Source: Macrostomum lignano
Taxonomy: Eukaryota
Direction of reading: 5' to 3'
DNA: 37,953 bases
Assembly: GCA_002269645.1 (NCBI GenBank)
Contig: NIVC01003457.1
Coordinates: forward strand, 1-37,953
Positions 1 to 15,232 of this stretch are shown here, piece after piece. Each line of letters opens with the position of its first letter. Positions within the stretch are counted from its first letter, which is position 1. A program made the position numbers and the translations under genes. Under the pieces are notes generated by a model, which ran no database searches, was not told the DNA's origin, and worked only from the letters and a program-made list of their open reading frames with translations.

Positions 1-3000
1 CACTGTTATCAGCGCCTGGGCAGTCCTTCTGGGGCTTCCATTGTCGGCAGCTAGAATTCTCAGCTGCAAAATTTACAGTGTATATTATTTAGAGTAGCGT
101 TGGAAGTTATTCATCAAGTTAAATGATATGATGTTCCCTTGTCAGGGAAATGAATTGACATATAAAAACGAATGCACTGTTACCTGATACTGAGTGGCGG
201 TTTGTGTAGCAATGCTAGCAGATATCAGGCTGATCTCTCCCGTGGCAGAGTTCACCGAGAAGTAGGTGCTGGAATCGCTGTCACCAATAAGCGAGTAAGT
301 AATGATGGAGCCGAATACGCTGTCGCTGTCATTGGCAAAGACTCTCCCGATTGACCCGATAGCCCTGGTCATGTCGATGTTGATTGTGGTGGACGCCAGG
401 TAGAATAATTGGCGCGGCCGTGTTGCGTCGAACGTTGAGAGTCAACGGGATCGTATTGTTTCTAGCGGGGTAGCCTTGATCGCGTATGCCAATGGTAATC
501 TGTTCGAGTGGAAATTAAATATTGTATAATTTGAAAGCTTACTTGTTGCCTTAACTTCATTTATTTGTCTTAATTTCTTATGCCACTTACATTAAAAGAG
601 GTTTCTGTACGCGTCAAGATGTCTTGCTGTAAGTAGACTCCACCAGTGGCTGTGATACCAATTAATGGGTTCTCGGAGAAAAACTCCACCGTGTTTTCCG
701 GAGAATTCGGGTCCAGATCGTATCCGCTGACAGTATCGAAAACTTGTCCTAGCTGCTGCGTCTCGTTGATGGTGAAAACGTAAGAAGAAGAATTGAAGTC
801 GGGCGTGAAGTCGTTTCTTAGTATGACGACATTCACCTGCGTCCTGTTGGACTTTGGCGGCTTTGCAGTGTCCGAGGCTTCCAAAATAATCTATTGGAAA
901 GGATAAATGATTAAAAGGATAAATTATCGCCAAACTTTGGGCTGCGTCACAATTCAATTGCAGCAGTCATACTTACAAAGAATCGGATCGGAACAGCTGG
1001 ATTATTGAATCCACCGACGGCGATCAGATTGGTGCCATTGTGAGAAAATAGGCTCGCGTAAGTTCCATAAAGAGCATAAGACAAGACGGGCTAAAATTCA
1101 GTGGTCGCAAAGATGAAAATTAATCTTCCTGTGAGTAAACATCAGTTAAATATATTACAAATAAAGTTTAATTACCGATTCAGCATCTGTTGCGATGATG
1201 CTTGCAACTGGGAGATTGGTCGCACTACCAGGAACCTCAATGTTATACTGGCTGTTAGTAAACTGTGGGAAGCCGTTGTTAGTTACTAGGTTGACTTGCA
1301 CTAGTGCCGCGGTCGAGCTCAAGGATGGAGTACCTTTGTCCTGTGCGGTGACCGACAGGAAGAATAGTTTGGTAGTAGAGTCAACAAGGCTGCGTTTGGC
1401 CATGATCTGGCCTGTGTTTGCGTCAATCATGAAGTAGTTTAGAGCGTCACTCTGGTTAGATGTCAAGACATACTGCCAGGTGTTGTACGGAGCCTGCAAG
1501 TCCGCGTCGCTAGTCGTAAATGAGGCTCCAATGCTGGTGCCAAGCACCTGCTCCTCTGATATGGAGAAGTTCTGATAAGCCGGATTGATCACTGGAGCGT
1601 GGAGATTCCTAGAAACGCTAACGGTGATCGTTGAAGTTCCTGTCAGGCCCGAAGGATCTGTGGCAACTACGTAAAGAATGTACTCGGTGTCGATATCAAG
1701 ACTGAGGTTTCTTTGCAATGTAATTGAGCCAGTAGTGCTGTTAATGGCAAAGTAGGTTGGCCCTTTATATAAACCGGCGAGGGAGAACAGAAGAGGAGAG
1801 TTGAAGCTCGCTACCGTGTCCGCATCAGTTGCACTCATTAGCACAACCTGTGTCCCGACAGGCATCAGCATCGAGATATTAGCAACCCAGGTGGCTGGTT
1901 GGACAACCGGAGATTGGGTTGCTCTGGACACGTTGATGATCACACTGGTGCTCGAAGAGAAACTTGGGGTCCCATAATCCGATGCTGTCACGGTAAGCTG
2001 AAATGGTGTTAATGTTTTTATGAGGCCTAATCCTCATAGAGATGTAATTTCTGACTTCAGAGTAGCAATTACTTTTTTAGAAACTCACATTGTAAACTGA
2101 ATTCGACCTGTTTCTCAGCAGGCTATTTCTCAGTCGAATGGAACCAGTTCGAGAGTCAATTAAGAAAAAGCTTAGTCCGTCGGCTGGAATGGCCTTTGCG
2201 ATCGAGAACTGGACCATCGCATTGACTCCCTGAAAAAATGTTCACGATTCGAATATCCAGGTAAAGAGATCTGGTCGAATAGGAAGATTGGTCTGTAATA
2301 AGTATCTGCCGCTTGTTCACTCACCGAGTCAGCATCCGAAACAGACACATTGCCAACTGTCGCTCCGATGGGCTGAGTCTCTAGCACACTCATTGCGGGA
2401 GCTGAAAGCACAGGTCTGTTGTCATTGACGTCCTGAAAAAAGACAAGAAAATTATTATTTCTGTAATTTTAAACTACAAGCAAAGCAGGGTAGTCTGAAC
2501 TAGATTATGGAAAGCTTACAGTGATTGCGATAGACACGGTGGCGGAGAGGCGCGAGGCGTCTGTAATCGTCAGTGAGGACTGATCCGTCGACACGATAAG
2601 CACATAGCTCTGGTTGCTCTCATAGTCGATCCCGCTAGTGGTAAAGATTTCACCACTTGTCGCGTTGATTCGGAACGGAACCGACTCGTTTACCAGCCGG
2701 TACGTGACGTTTGAAAATGAGTCGCCATCAATTGCCTAAATAGCGATAACGTGGCAATATTATTAGTCTGAATTTTTATGCAGAAAAATAGTCAGCAATA
2801 AGCAACTACTCACAGCGACAGTGGACATAGGCATTGTTTGAATTTTCCGCCACGCTGCCGCTAAAATATCGAACAGGAAAGAATGGTGCCATATCATCGC
2901 GATCCTCCACATTGATAGTTAGCGTCACTGTTGCGCTTCGAGCGGTTAGGCCGAAGTCGCGGGCTGTCACCGTCACGTAGTGAACTGCGCGCGCTTCGTA

Positions 3001-6000
3001 GTCGAGTGCCTTGGCCAGCTGAAGCTGAGCCGATGCGAATCCCGTAGTGTTGGTCGTTTGAGTGATTGCGAATGAGTTTCTGCAAAGTAATTTGGGCAGT
3101 CAGTCCTGCTAGTATAATATGGCGGCAACAATTCTCAGACTCCAAGATCTAAGAAGAAGTGCATTTGCTTACGTCGCCTCGCTGACAAAAAACCTAATCA
3201 GAGCATTTTCAGCTAGGTCAGCGTCTGTCGCGTTGATGGTCACAATTATGGCTGGGAAGGTGTTCTCGGCAACAGAAAAGTTAGTCGGAACTACGGAGAT
3301 AACGGGATCGTTGTCATTGGAGTCCAGAAGTACAACTCTAATCTCGGTGACTGCCGTCTGCAAAGGACGATTAAACATTTTTTGTTTTAGGTTTGCGTTT
3401 GCTCGATAATATATATTTTTAAATTCCTGTTTCATCTTGAACTCACCCGATTCCCAAGACTGTCTTGAGCGCTGACAAAAACGCTATGATATGGAACGAT
3501 TGGAGACTCCCTGTCCAACGGGGCTGCAACAGTGAGACTGCCGTCACTTGTGTAATTAAATGCCGATGACACTGTCTGGTTGAGCAGGCTGTACCTAATA
3601 ATGTCACCCTCCGGGTCAGCGGCTGGAAAACTACCAACAACACTGCCAACAGGTGTGTCCTCCGAGACCGAGACTGAGTACACTGGGGCAGAGTAATACG
3701 GCGGCAGGTTGTACATTCGTGTGACCGTAATCTGTACGGCAACGTCCGCAGTTCGTACGAGGCTGGCCTGAGGTTCGGAGTCGCGAGCCCTCACGGTCAG
3801 CACGAAAACCTCATTGCGAACCAAGTTACCAGTGGCGCTAATCTCGCCAGTTGATTCGTTGATAGCAAAGATGGTCGTGTTTCCTTCCACAATGGAGTAG
3901 CGTAATCCGGCGGTGCCTCGGACACCCGAATCGGCGTCGGTGGCACGCACTTGTCCGACCGGTCGCGAGCCCGGGCCCTCCGCTATCACGAATGAATAGT
4001 TGAGAGCCTGGAACACGGGCGAATTGTCGTTCATATCGAGGACCGATACGGAGAAGCTCACAGTGCCGGTGAGGTTTGCACGAGGGGAGTCGATCTCTGT
4101 GGCAGTGACCTATAATTCAGTATCATGCATAAATTTACGAGGTATCATTTTTATTTTTTAGACTCCAATTTTTAGAAAGTATGTCTCACAGTGAGATTGA
4201 TCTGCTTGTCAGCTGGCAGGCTTTCATAGTCAATCAGCACGTAGTTGACAGCAACTGTGCCATCGTCGTTCACTTTGAACAATGCAGTGTTGGTCACTGT
4301 GTATTGGTATTTTCTAGGTGGGTCGCTCGGTAGCTGAAAATCAAATAAAATCAATACTGATCATATCCGCAGAACTTACAAGTAATTTTTGTGTAAATTC
4401 TTGCAAATGATTGACTCACCAAGTCGCGATCAGAAACTATCAGCTTAAATATTTCTCCCGTTGTGTTCATCACTAGCGTGCCAATCGGGGAGTTCTCAGT
4501 TACCGTCAGTTGATCTGACGGCATATTGAAGCTTAGCGTCGGGGCGAAAGTGTCCTGCGCGTCGACGCTGATGATGAGGACTGCCGTATCGTACAGGTTG
4601 TTATTGGTCACGTCAGTCCGAGTGGTGAATTGCGAGGCCTGAGAGAAAAAATGACACAATCATTGAATCGTTATTTCACAGTTATGCTCAAGACTAATGA
4701 CGAATGAAGGGCAAAACGTAAGCTATATTCTTACCCTGATGACAAGTGTAACCGTTGCGGCAACTTGGCGATCAATCGGAGCAAGCTGAGCCACCTGGCC
4801 AGTTATTTCGTCGATGAAAAAACTTGACGAAAAGTTCCCTGAAGGTACGTATGAATTGCATTTAATGCAAATAAACTTTGTTGCAAGCTAGTAAATATAC
4901 CACCTGAGAGAGATCGTACACTAGCAGAATGGCTTTCCTCTATTTCGGTAATTTACCTGCGACAATGGAGTAGCGGGTGCTGAAGTTCAGTGAGTCTTGG
5001 TCCAATGCCAGAATGGGACCTGGTTGGATTGCTAGCGGACCCGAGGCCTAAAAAACGCGGATTAGATCTGGTTTGTAAGGATAAATACAACAAACAATAA
5101 CTACAATGCTTGAGACTTACATTAACGTTGCTGATGATGCTGCTGGTGTAGGTTGGATTCAGACACACTGACAAGTACAGAGTGCAACCAGAGACAATGA
5201 ACTTTGGTGGCAGGTCATCTTCATCCAGTACACTAAACACAATGGTTGCTGTAGATGTCAGGGCCATAGAAGCGTTGGCTGGGGAATCCTGAAACAAAGT
5301 GTCACATTGTTTAAACGGTCTATCAGAATTTCGCGACTCAATTATAATTACTTGGGGAAGTGCGAGAAAACAATGAGCAATAGCAGTTTTGCTACACGGT
5401 TACCTTAGCAATCACCAGTACTGAAATATTAGGCGATGACACACCGAAAGACTCATAGTCCAACGGTCGGTTGGTGTACAGTCGAACATCTGATCCAATT
5501 TCTCTCGTCTGTAAGTACGTGTCATTCAACACAGATATTGTGACCACAGCGTTGCTTGCATCGTCTAAATCTCTGGCTTGGGCACCTAGGAACTGCAGGA
5601 CTCCAGTTGGCGTGTTCTGCAAAACAAGTGGCAGTTAATTTTGAAAGTTTGAAACTGAAACATTATCCGATTTGAAATTTTAAAATCAAAGCAGACTTAC
5701 TTCTCGAATGAAGCCTGCGTATACAGTTTGAACCAAATTCGTCGATGTGTTGTAGAACACTGGGCTGTTGTCGTTAACATCATTTATAGTAACTCTTGCA
5801 GTCAAGTTCTACAAAATGCAGTAAATATGGTTCTAAAAATGCTGGAAACTTATACCATTTTTTTAGCAGCGACAGTTCTGTACTCACCCTGGCAATGCCC
5901 GTATCCGGCAGGCATTCGATGCCGAAATCTATTGTGACACCGATTCCTGTCGTGCCAGGAAATGAGGAGACACGGATGTCCATGATCTGCAGATAGAAAA

Positions 6001-7388
6001 GCGTGTCATGAATGTAGGGTGATTTTTAATAGGGAATTCAGCGTAATTCAACTCTCTTCAGAACCAACCTCTCGGTCGATGCCCTGCTTGAGGCTGATGT
6101 ATCCGACACCGGAACGGACGCTGAGCTGGAAGTACTCGCGTACTGCGTCAAACGCGGTCTTATTAAAGAACAGATTGTTGGTGTTGTTGAAAATCCTCAA
6201 TACAATTGTCTCGTTGGTCTTCGGATCGCTGGCCTGTCTGACTGTGCCAAAGATGACCGACACGCTCCTTTCTTCGCCGAGCGTTGGCAGGTGATCTCCG
6301 GCTGTGCGAATTTGTAAGCTTTTAAGTTATTATTGGCAAAAATAATTGTCGTGCGATGGTTATATGATTGCATCCCTAAATGATGCAGCACGAGATACTT
6401 ATACCAACAAAATATTCACAGGAGGGCTGTGGGCATCCTGGTGCAAAGCATTCGGCAACATTACCCAACAATCAGCAGTGAGGCAACTCTGCCCATTCCG
6501 CTGACTACTGAAGCGCGCCAATACTGTACACAGGTACGCACTCATGCACACGCTCACACAGGGTGTACACAGCAGCCCCTGACTGTCTAATCGTCAGGCA
6601 TGTACACTCTCTGTGCCTTGGGGTCGGCCCTCGGGGGTGTGACTCGCACGACAGCCCCTCGACAATTTTTTGCACAACTCGGGGAGCGAGAGTCGGATGC
6701 GTTTACCGTTGAGCTGCTCCCCCCGTTGCTCCCCACGTAAGATACTTACGACCGTAGTTCTCCGTAAAGTCCAGGTTGACGTAGAAGCCGGAAGTCAATT
6801 CGCAGGGGTTAACACCGTGCACAATACTCGCATGATGACCTGTAGTTCAGATTGGTTGTTAATGGGATTTCAAATTTACTTCGAAAACTGATTCGAAAGT
6901 TTACAGCTTAAATACCCCATGACCGAAAGTATTCAGATTCAATATAATGTTCTACGTTACCCTCATTTCGCCTAGCACAAAAAAGTACAATAAAGCCCTT
7001 TTTCAGTAGCTCAATCTGCATTATTTCCATGGGCCCAGACACTGATCCGTTCTATTACTTCACAAGGTCCACTTGAACTTTGAAATTGGTCTTGCTATGC
7101 CTGAAACCGACCATGTACGAACGCATAGAGCATAGATCCTACACATGACTAAATACTATGGTTGGAACTGACTCCGATGAAATCTAGAAGGGTCACAACC
7201 TTACGAGTAGTGAATTGAAAAAGCATTCCGCATTGGAAAATGGAAATGAGCCATCTATCTGGTGTATGAATCTGCGGCACGGATTTGAAAGCAACCTGTA
7301 TGAGACTCCTACCGGACGCGAGGTCAACAATTGAAAACTTACCGATTAGCACAGACAGCAGCAGCAGAGCTGCTCTAAATGCTGCCAT
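1..7388 (-). CDS. Multi-exon cadherin-repeat protein (protocadherin-15/Cad99C-like), 3' end beyond the window; two apparent 1-nt frame breaks
   Basis: Exons read by hand with GT/AG boundaries and matching phases: 7388-7343 (signal peptide MAAFRAALLLLSVLI), 6301-6069, 5986-5888, 5808-5701, 5616-5404, 5288-5121, 5047-4957, 4838-4735, 4637-4419, 4333-4190, 4109-3447, 3357-3173, 3079-2814, 2735-2520, 2432-2325, 2229-2089, 1997-1176, 1090-977, 890-591, 499-184, 63-1. Repeated cadherin Ca-binding motifs: DVNDNSPVF, DMNDNSPVF, DSNDNDP, DVNDNRP, ATDAD, LDYE, LDRE. Confidence 0.93.
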
Positions 7389-8417
7389 TATTTTTCGTTA
7401 CCAAAAGTTGCAACTCTCTGATCCGATGCGATTGGCGAACGAATGCAATAAAATTCGACTCTATTAGACAGATTTAAGCTCAGATAAAGCTTCGATATTT
7501 GCCAATTTTGCACGATGTGCGCTGTATAAAATCTTAGGCAGTATAGCTTCGAGGAAACTCTGTGTCGTTTTTACCTTCTGATTAAGAGATGGTCGGTACC
7601 CACCCAGTTACCCACCCATATTTCTTTTCAGCCTTCGCAAGGGGGGCTGGGCGCAGCCTTCTTGATGCCCTTCTGGGGGACGGCGGTTCGCCCCGCCTAG
7701 CACCAGCTCGAGTCCCACCCACTTGCCCCACCTCGAGCAGAGCATCTATGCCCACCCACCAACCACCCACACTTGGGCTCTGTGCCACTGCTGCTAATGT
7801 CTGCTTCTTCTGAGCATCTTTTAGGGAGTGCGACTGGCCAACCCACCCTCCAGCTAGACAAGAGAACTCCCGTTTGACAAAGCCTGAGAGAGACAGAGAG
7901 AGACACACTTGCCCTAATGCCGTCGGGCAAAGGGAGGGGCGGTTGGTACACAATAGAACGCACGATAGCCCTCACAGAACAGTTTTTATATTTCTTATTC
8001 GGAATGAATGAAATGCAGGAGAAATGAATGAACGGTGTAATGGCTATACAATAACACTGCAACAGCTAGCTCAGGAAATCATTTTTTAGAGTTTGTGTTT
8101 TCAACTCAGAAAGACAGTTCTGTGCGCGATGCACCGTGTCTACAGCTTAGCTACAATAATTCCAGATGTACTCCGAAGAAATAAGTCACTTTGCGAGAGC
8201 TGGAGCTGCAAAGTCAATGGCGGAAAAGTGCGAATTTTTACTGAAAATTTAATTGACAATATCTCACCTTTCTTAGCTTCAGAATTTGAAACAAGCCCTG
8301 CGTCCGTGTTTGTCCGAGTTTGATTCCGGGCCTCACTGGCAAATCGTCCAAACTCCTTCAACTCAGACAAAGAGTAGAGAATTCAGCTAAGCGAAATCAC
8401 TTTTACTGCAGTTTCAA

Positions 8418-9316
<899 letters not shown>

Positions 9317-10407
9317 ACAACAACAAGAGTAAAAATAATCCGTAATTCTTTGTAATTGCGGTTCTTTCTCAATCGAGTTTGTATCTCGTATACGATAAAT
9401 TGAAAGTCCAGAGGTTGACATATTTTGAAGTTTCTTCTACATACAGAAAACTTTCTATCTCGCTAGTGCATTTTGCATTGAAAAGCAGAACGATTTACAA
9501 ACTAAACTTCAAATACGAGCATTCTGTGAGATATTCAATTTAGACTACTGAGAAAAGTAGACGAATAATGCTTTGAATCGTAAATCTCTCACAAAGCCTG
9601 AAAAATGACGTATAAAAGAAATGGCTCCATAAAAAACTACTGTGCACGCTGAGAGTGCTGGTGAAGAACGGCGGGAGGCCATGGCTCACGGAAGAAGGCA
9701 ATCAAGTCATAAATCAGTCTCATTCTGCCTGAATACTACTCATTTTTCATATGAGTCGTTTTAAAGCAACTGATGAGGACGAACTTTTTTCCAAATCCCG
9801 CGCTAGCACATGGGCTCTAAACTTACTAGCCTACTAACAGTGGGCAATGGGCATTTTTATCCTTTTTCAGCGAATTGTCATAGAATCTATACTAGATATA
9901 ATGTTTGGTCATACTAGTAGTCATAATAACATAGGAGCAGCTTTTTGGGTCATAAATCATCGCTTTCGAAGCTGGTCTTACAGCCACCTGCGCCTCACTC
10001 AGTGCTGGGGCTGGCACCAGATGGTCTGAGAGGATGCGAATGATAGCTTTTTTCTCATCATTTTGACAGGCCAACAAGATTTATGAGGTCAGGGCCTATA
10101 TTGTTCGTGTTCACTCAAGCGTGTTACAGCTTTGACAGCTATGCGTTTTACCCCTAAAGGTGGTACACTTTTGGGGGTTTGGGGGTTGGGATTAGCGATT
10201 AGCGATTTCTCTTCATTATCTTCACTTTCTACTTAATAAGAGCTTTCTAATGTATTTTTTCATTAATTTTTGTTAATTCTACGCGAAAAGTCATAAATCA
10301 TTTTGTTGCGATTTTGATTGATTTATGGCCGCACCTGTCATATTTTTACGATCCCGAGGGAACTGATAGGATCTCCCGGTCACGTTATTGGATGGCAACA
10401 AGCTTAG

Positions 10408-10510
10408 CCAATCAGAAAATTCGACGCTCATTTTAACAAACCGGCTCAGCCAATCAGAATCGACGTGTTCCACTATAACAAACTGCGGTCCAGTTGGCGG
10501 CTATTTAAAC
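10408..10510 (+). promoter_or_regulatory. Possible promoter-like cluster (two CCAATCAGAA boxes and TATTTAAA)
   Basis: CCAATCAGAA at 10408 and 10450, TATTTAAA at 10502, and an inverted TTTCTGATTGG at 10783. No linked gene identified. Confidence 0.25.
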
Positions 10511-11175
10511 CGGTGTTTTTGCTCGGACTAACCCTTGCTGGAATCCGGCCAGGAACTTGCTCTCTCCCTGGCCCGACCGTCGTTTCTTGATCCCAGGATT
10601 GCGACTCCCCCATCATCATCAAGGACGAATCCCCCCGGTCATCAGCAGTGAACATCAAAGTGAAGAGCATCACCTGCTAGCTATCTGCGAAGGTTGTGAC
10701 ATCAGCATCATCCCGGGCCTACAGCTGCGAAGCACTAAGCCGATTCGGTCACTGTGGATTACCTGGTCTCCGGCTGTTGAGTTTCTGATTGGTTGGGTGA
10801 GAGGCTACCTAGACTTGCTTGATTGGGTGATCCCTTATCTGTCCCCTATTTCAGTAGCTGGATTAAGCGCACACTTTTGCTCATTTTGTTCAGTAGTGCT
10901 GTTACTGAGGCAGAAATCATTCAATAATACTGCTAGTAGTCTAAAACTCCAATTCAATCTGAAGTGTGAAGTGATCTAAGGAGAAGGTTAAATCTGACAG
11001 TTATTTTTATCGGTTTTATTTCTTTGTTCGCCGATGGCTCAGATGAATAGCTAAGCTAGTAGGCGCCGGTCATAGTGGACCAATGGCAAGGCAGTTCTCA
11101 GTCGATCAATCTATCAAATCAGTTAGCGAAATTGCCAATAGTGCAGAATCGGCGCCAGAGATGTACTTTTTGCAC

Positions 11176-11237
11176 TCTAGGTTAGCCAAGCGGCTCGGGT
11201 GATGAATCATGCGGTCTCTGAGGTTCGAGTTAGCCTA
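11176..11237 (+). pseudogene. tRNA-like pseudogene or SINE head (Pol III A and B boxes)
   Basis: TAGCCAAGCGG (11183-11193) fits the A-box consensus TRGCNNAGYGG. GGTTCGAGT (11222-11230) is B-box-like. taggt/gccta could pair as an acceptor stem. The A-B spacing is shorter than in a true tRNA. Confidence 0.35.
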
Positions 11238-11949
11238 TCATCAGCGCTAGAAGAGGCTGGTTGGCGCGTTGAAGGCCAAAAGTACAATTCTTCGTATTTA
11301 GCAATGTAATAGTACATGTAGCTACATGGGCCCATAGTCTCGCCACTGCAAGAATCCCCTGCACAAGTCCCCTCTGTACCTGCATGGCCAATGCGATCTA
11401 GTCCCAGCAGTGTCCCTTATCATCGGCTATGACTTCGAGATTGACAGCAAAAAGACACTAGTTGGCAGTAAGTGCAAAGCCCCTTCTAGTCGGAAGCCCG
11501 ATTTCGAGAGTCCCGGTGTGGTGAGCCAGGGCGCACGGGCTGGTGGCAGCGGGTCAGCTAATCTGCGGATTAACTAATTTCTACCTTCAAAATTCTCCCT
11601 GCTTGTCTCTCGCTGTCCCTCTCTTAGCTATAGGACCTAGACTGCTCGCCACACGATCAAGCTACCATGGGGCTGACCATCTGACAGGAGTGGGGGGCCA
11701 GGACTCTAATTGATTTATTTCTGAGACCTGAGGCCCGAAGGCTTCCCCACAAGGGGGCCGAAAGGTCGAAACCCATCTCATCAGATAATTCTGGGAACTC
11801 ATACAAAGATTTCAAAACGGATTCTATTGCATTTTTTGTGTAACAATACAAGTTTAATTCGATTCGATTTACGACCGATCCGTCACTCCGAACAAAGAAT
11901 TGGCACCGCCCAACGAGGTCCCCCAGTGTCGCCAGCATCTATGCTGCAG

Positions 11950-12652
<703 letters not shown>

Positions 12653-13782
12653 GTGACTGTCACTTTACTAAAATAATACACTAAAAACACCAGTAGTAAT
12701 GTTTGCATGTCGCTCAGCAAAGTTATTACAAATCTCAACTTTTTACAGCGCACTCGTGGACTCATTTTTTCGTAGCGAGGACTGAGAGTAATAAAATGTT
12801 TAAATGTGTTTATATTGCACATTGGAGGCTGTAAACTTGATATTGTCGCACCTGATGGGCCAATAAATAATTAATTGGGCACCTCACTCTAGCGCGGATC
12901 AGCTCCCTGCACGTCAGAAGATAATTGCCCCGCAGACCAGCTCAGGCCGCGTGCTACGGCAACCCCATTGTTTGAGTTGCTCTACTCCTAGAAGCAAGGC
13001 TTCCAGCTGTTTTTTCCATTCTCTTCGTTTTACTCGGTGGCTTGATGCATTTGCTTCATTCGTTGCAAAAGAAGCACTGTAGACCAAGACTGGGTCCGCC
13101 AGCAGGCAACAAACTTTCACCCCTGCAGTTTTCTATTGGCGGTAATTTACAGAAAAGAAACAGACAGGCAGACAAAGAGACAGAGAGGGTAGGGGCGGAT
13201 TGGGCACTCGGCGTGCTTCGATCCCACGCCTCTCTAGGCCTCTTAAGTTTTCACCTCTCCATTAGGGCCGGACCCACCTGACACTCTCGGCCTGGAGTCC
13301 GCAGAGATTTCATCAACTAACCAATCGGTGGCCGTGGGCCGGCCGTGACCCCGCGACTTGGTTGGATATTTAGCGAGAGAGAAGACAATTCTTATTAACA
13401 CTCGGACACTGTGAGTAGTTTGCGCAGACCTCCTGGCGACAGTTGGTGGTGTTTCAATTTTGAGAACCGCATTGCAGACTTGAGCAGCTGTGGTAAGTCA
13501 AACTTTATTGTTAACACAAAGCAAACCAGCTCTATGTAAATTGTTGCAGGTCACGAAACTGGAGTAAAGAGACTCAAACCTTTCCTTTATTAAGGCGCAA
13601 ATCTGTGCCAATTTTATGTTTGTAATTTAGCTTTTTCTTTTGAAAAACTGGAACACAGTTCGATACAAAATCTCTTGCTAAGTATTTAATCTCTAAATTT
13701 ACGAGACTCGTGATTAGACTTGTTCTGGCTTAGTAAAAATCACATTGATTTCAGCAATCTTGCACACAAAACAGCATTGGCA

Positions 13783-13933
13783 ATGCCGAGGAGCAGAGTC
13801 TGGGCGCAGCTGCTGCTGCTGCTGACGTGTCTGCAACAATTGCATCATCAAGTTCTTGCCCTAAGCGTTGGCAGGCCAACAGGATTTAGCAGCATTGGAG
13901 CCGATAACCTGCCTGACGGACTCGATCAGTCAG
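13783..13933 (+). CDS. Putative first coding exon encoding a signal peptide (orphan, or alternative first exon of the downstream lectin gene)
   Basis: MPRSRVWAQLLLLLTCLQQLHHQVLALS..., ending at a phase-1 donor CAG|GTGAGA. An AG acceptor (aaaacag) lies a few nt before the ATG. Confidence 0.45.
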
Positions 13934-13998
13934 GTGAGATATGGAACTTGAGATGCCCGCTTTGTTCATTGAGCAGCAGAGAAAATAAGGGAACTGAA

Positions 13999-14140
<142 letters not shown>

Positions 14141-14480
14141 AGGAGGGCACCTCCAATCTCAGGCCCTGACACGGTTGAAAGGACTGAACAAAGTCAATTT
14201 AGTTGGATTGCCGATATTTCAAATATTGTATATTCTTTGTCAGGGCTGGAAGCATGTAAAATTTATTTGGCGCGAATTGCCGTCAATATATAATGGCGAT
14301 ATCGCCAGGGAGAGATGATCGATAAATAGGTGTGCACAAACACTTAAAACAGTACGCATGGCCAGTAGTACATTAAAACGAGTCTGAGACTCTGAGAAAG
14401 CGGAGGGGGTGGCTAAAACTGTACAAGTGTGGCTAAACGACCTTTAAGTGTAGGATAACAATTGTAATATAAAAGGCAAA
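14141..14480 (-). mobile_element. Diverged second copy of the Penelope-like element 3' unit (pLTR-like)
   Basis: Aligns by eye with 15163-15480: cctccaatctc-aggccctgacacgg vs cctccaatcccgagggcgccgacacgg, and gatatttcaaatattgtatattctttgtcagggc vs gatatttcgaatacgaaattcttcgtcagggc. Both copies abut an (AG)n tract. Confidence 0.65.
14208..14247 (-). ncRNA. Degenerate minimal hammerhead ribozyme (copy A)
   Basis: Minus strand: GCC-CTGACAA-A-GAAT-atacaat-ATTT-GAAA-TATC-GGC. Stem I GCC/GGC is intact; the core has a G>A change. Confidence 0.5.
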
Positions 14481-14619
14481 ATAAATAGACAAGGTAAATA
14501 AAAATTATCAAATGCTCAGAGCAAAAAAGGCAGGTGCACCGTACACAGTGTCAGAAAAAAGAAAAAAAATCAGAGAAAAAAATCGAAATATTATATTAAT
14601 ATTAATATTAATTAAAATA

Positions 14620-14661
14620 TAGAGAGAGAAAGAGAGAGAGAAAGAAAGAGAGAGAGAGAGG

Positions 14662-14749
<88 letters not shown>

Positions 14750-14831
14750 GGAGAGAGAGGGAGAGAGGGAGAGAGAGGGAGAGAGGGAGAGAGAGGGAGA
14801 GAGAGGGAGAGAGGGAGAGAGAGGGAGAGAT

Positions 14832-14910
<79 letters not shown>

Positions 14911-14983
14911 GGGAGAGAGGGAGAGAGAGGGAGAGAGAGGGAGAGAGGGAGAGAGAGAGAGAGAGAGGGAGAGAGGGAGAGAG

Positions 14984-15059
<76 letters not shown>

Positions 15060-15121
15060 GGAGAGAGGGAGAGAGAGGGAGAGAGGGAGAGAGGGAGAGA
15101 GAGGGAGAGAGGGAGAGAGGG

Positions 15122-15152
<31 letters not shown>

Positions 15153-15162
15153 GAGAGAGGGA
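14620..15162. repeat. (AG)n/(AGGG)-mixed purine microsatellite
   Basis: Directly visible. Confidence 0.98.
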
Positions 15163-15232
15163 GAGCCTCCAATCCCGAGGGCGCCGACACGGCAAAGCAA
15201 CAAGACAAACAAAAAAGTTCAAAAGGAGTTAG

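Noticed and set aside
7582-8370. Short ORFs upstream of the cadherin start
   Set aside because: No recognisable motifs or splice-supported structure.
9766-9786. CTGATGAGGACGAAC as a hammerhead core
   Set aside because: GAAC instead of GAAA, and no convincing stems I/III.
12857-12879. GCCCAAT/ATTGGGC hairpin
   Set aside because: Short 7-bp inverted repeat, expected by chance; no associated feature.
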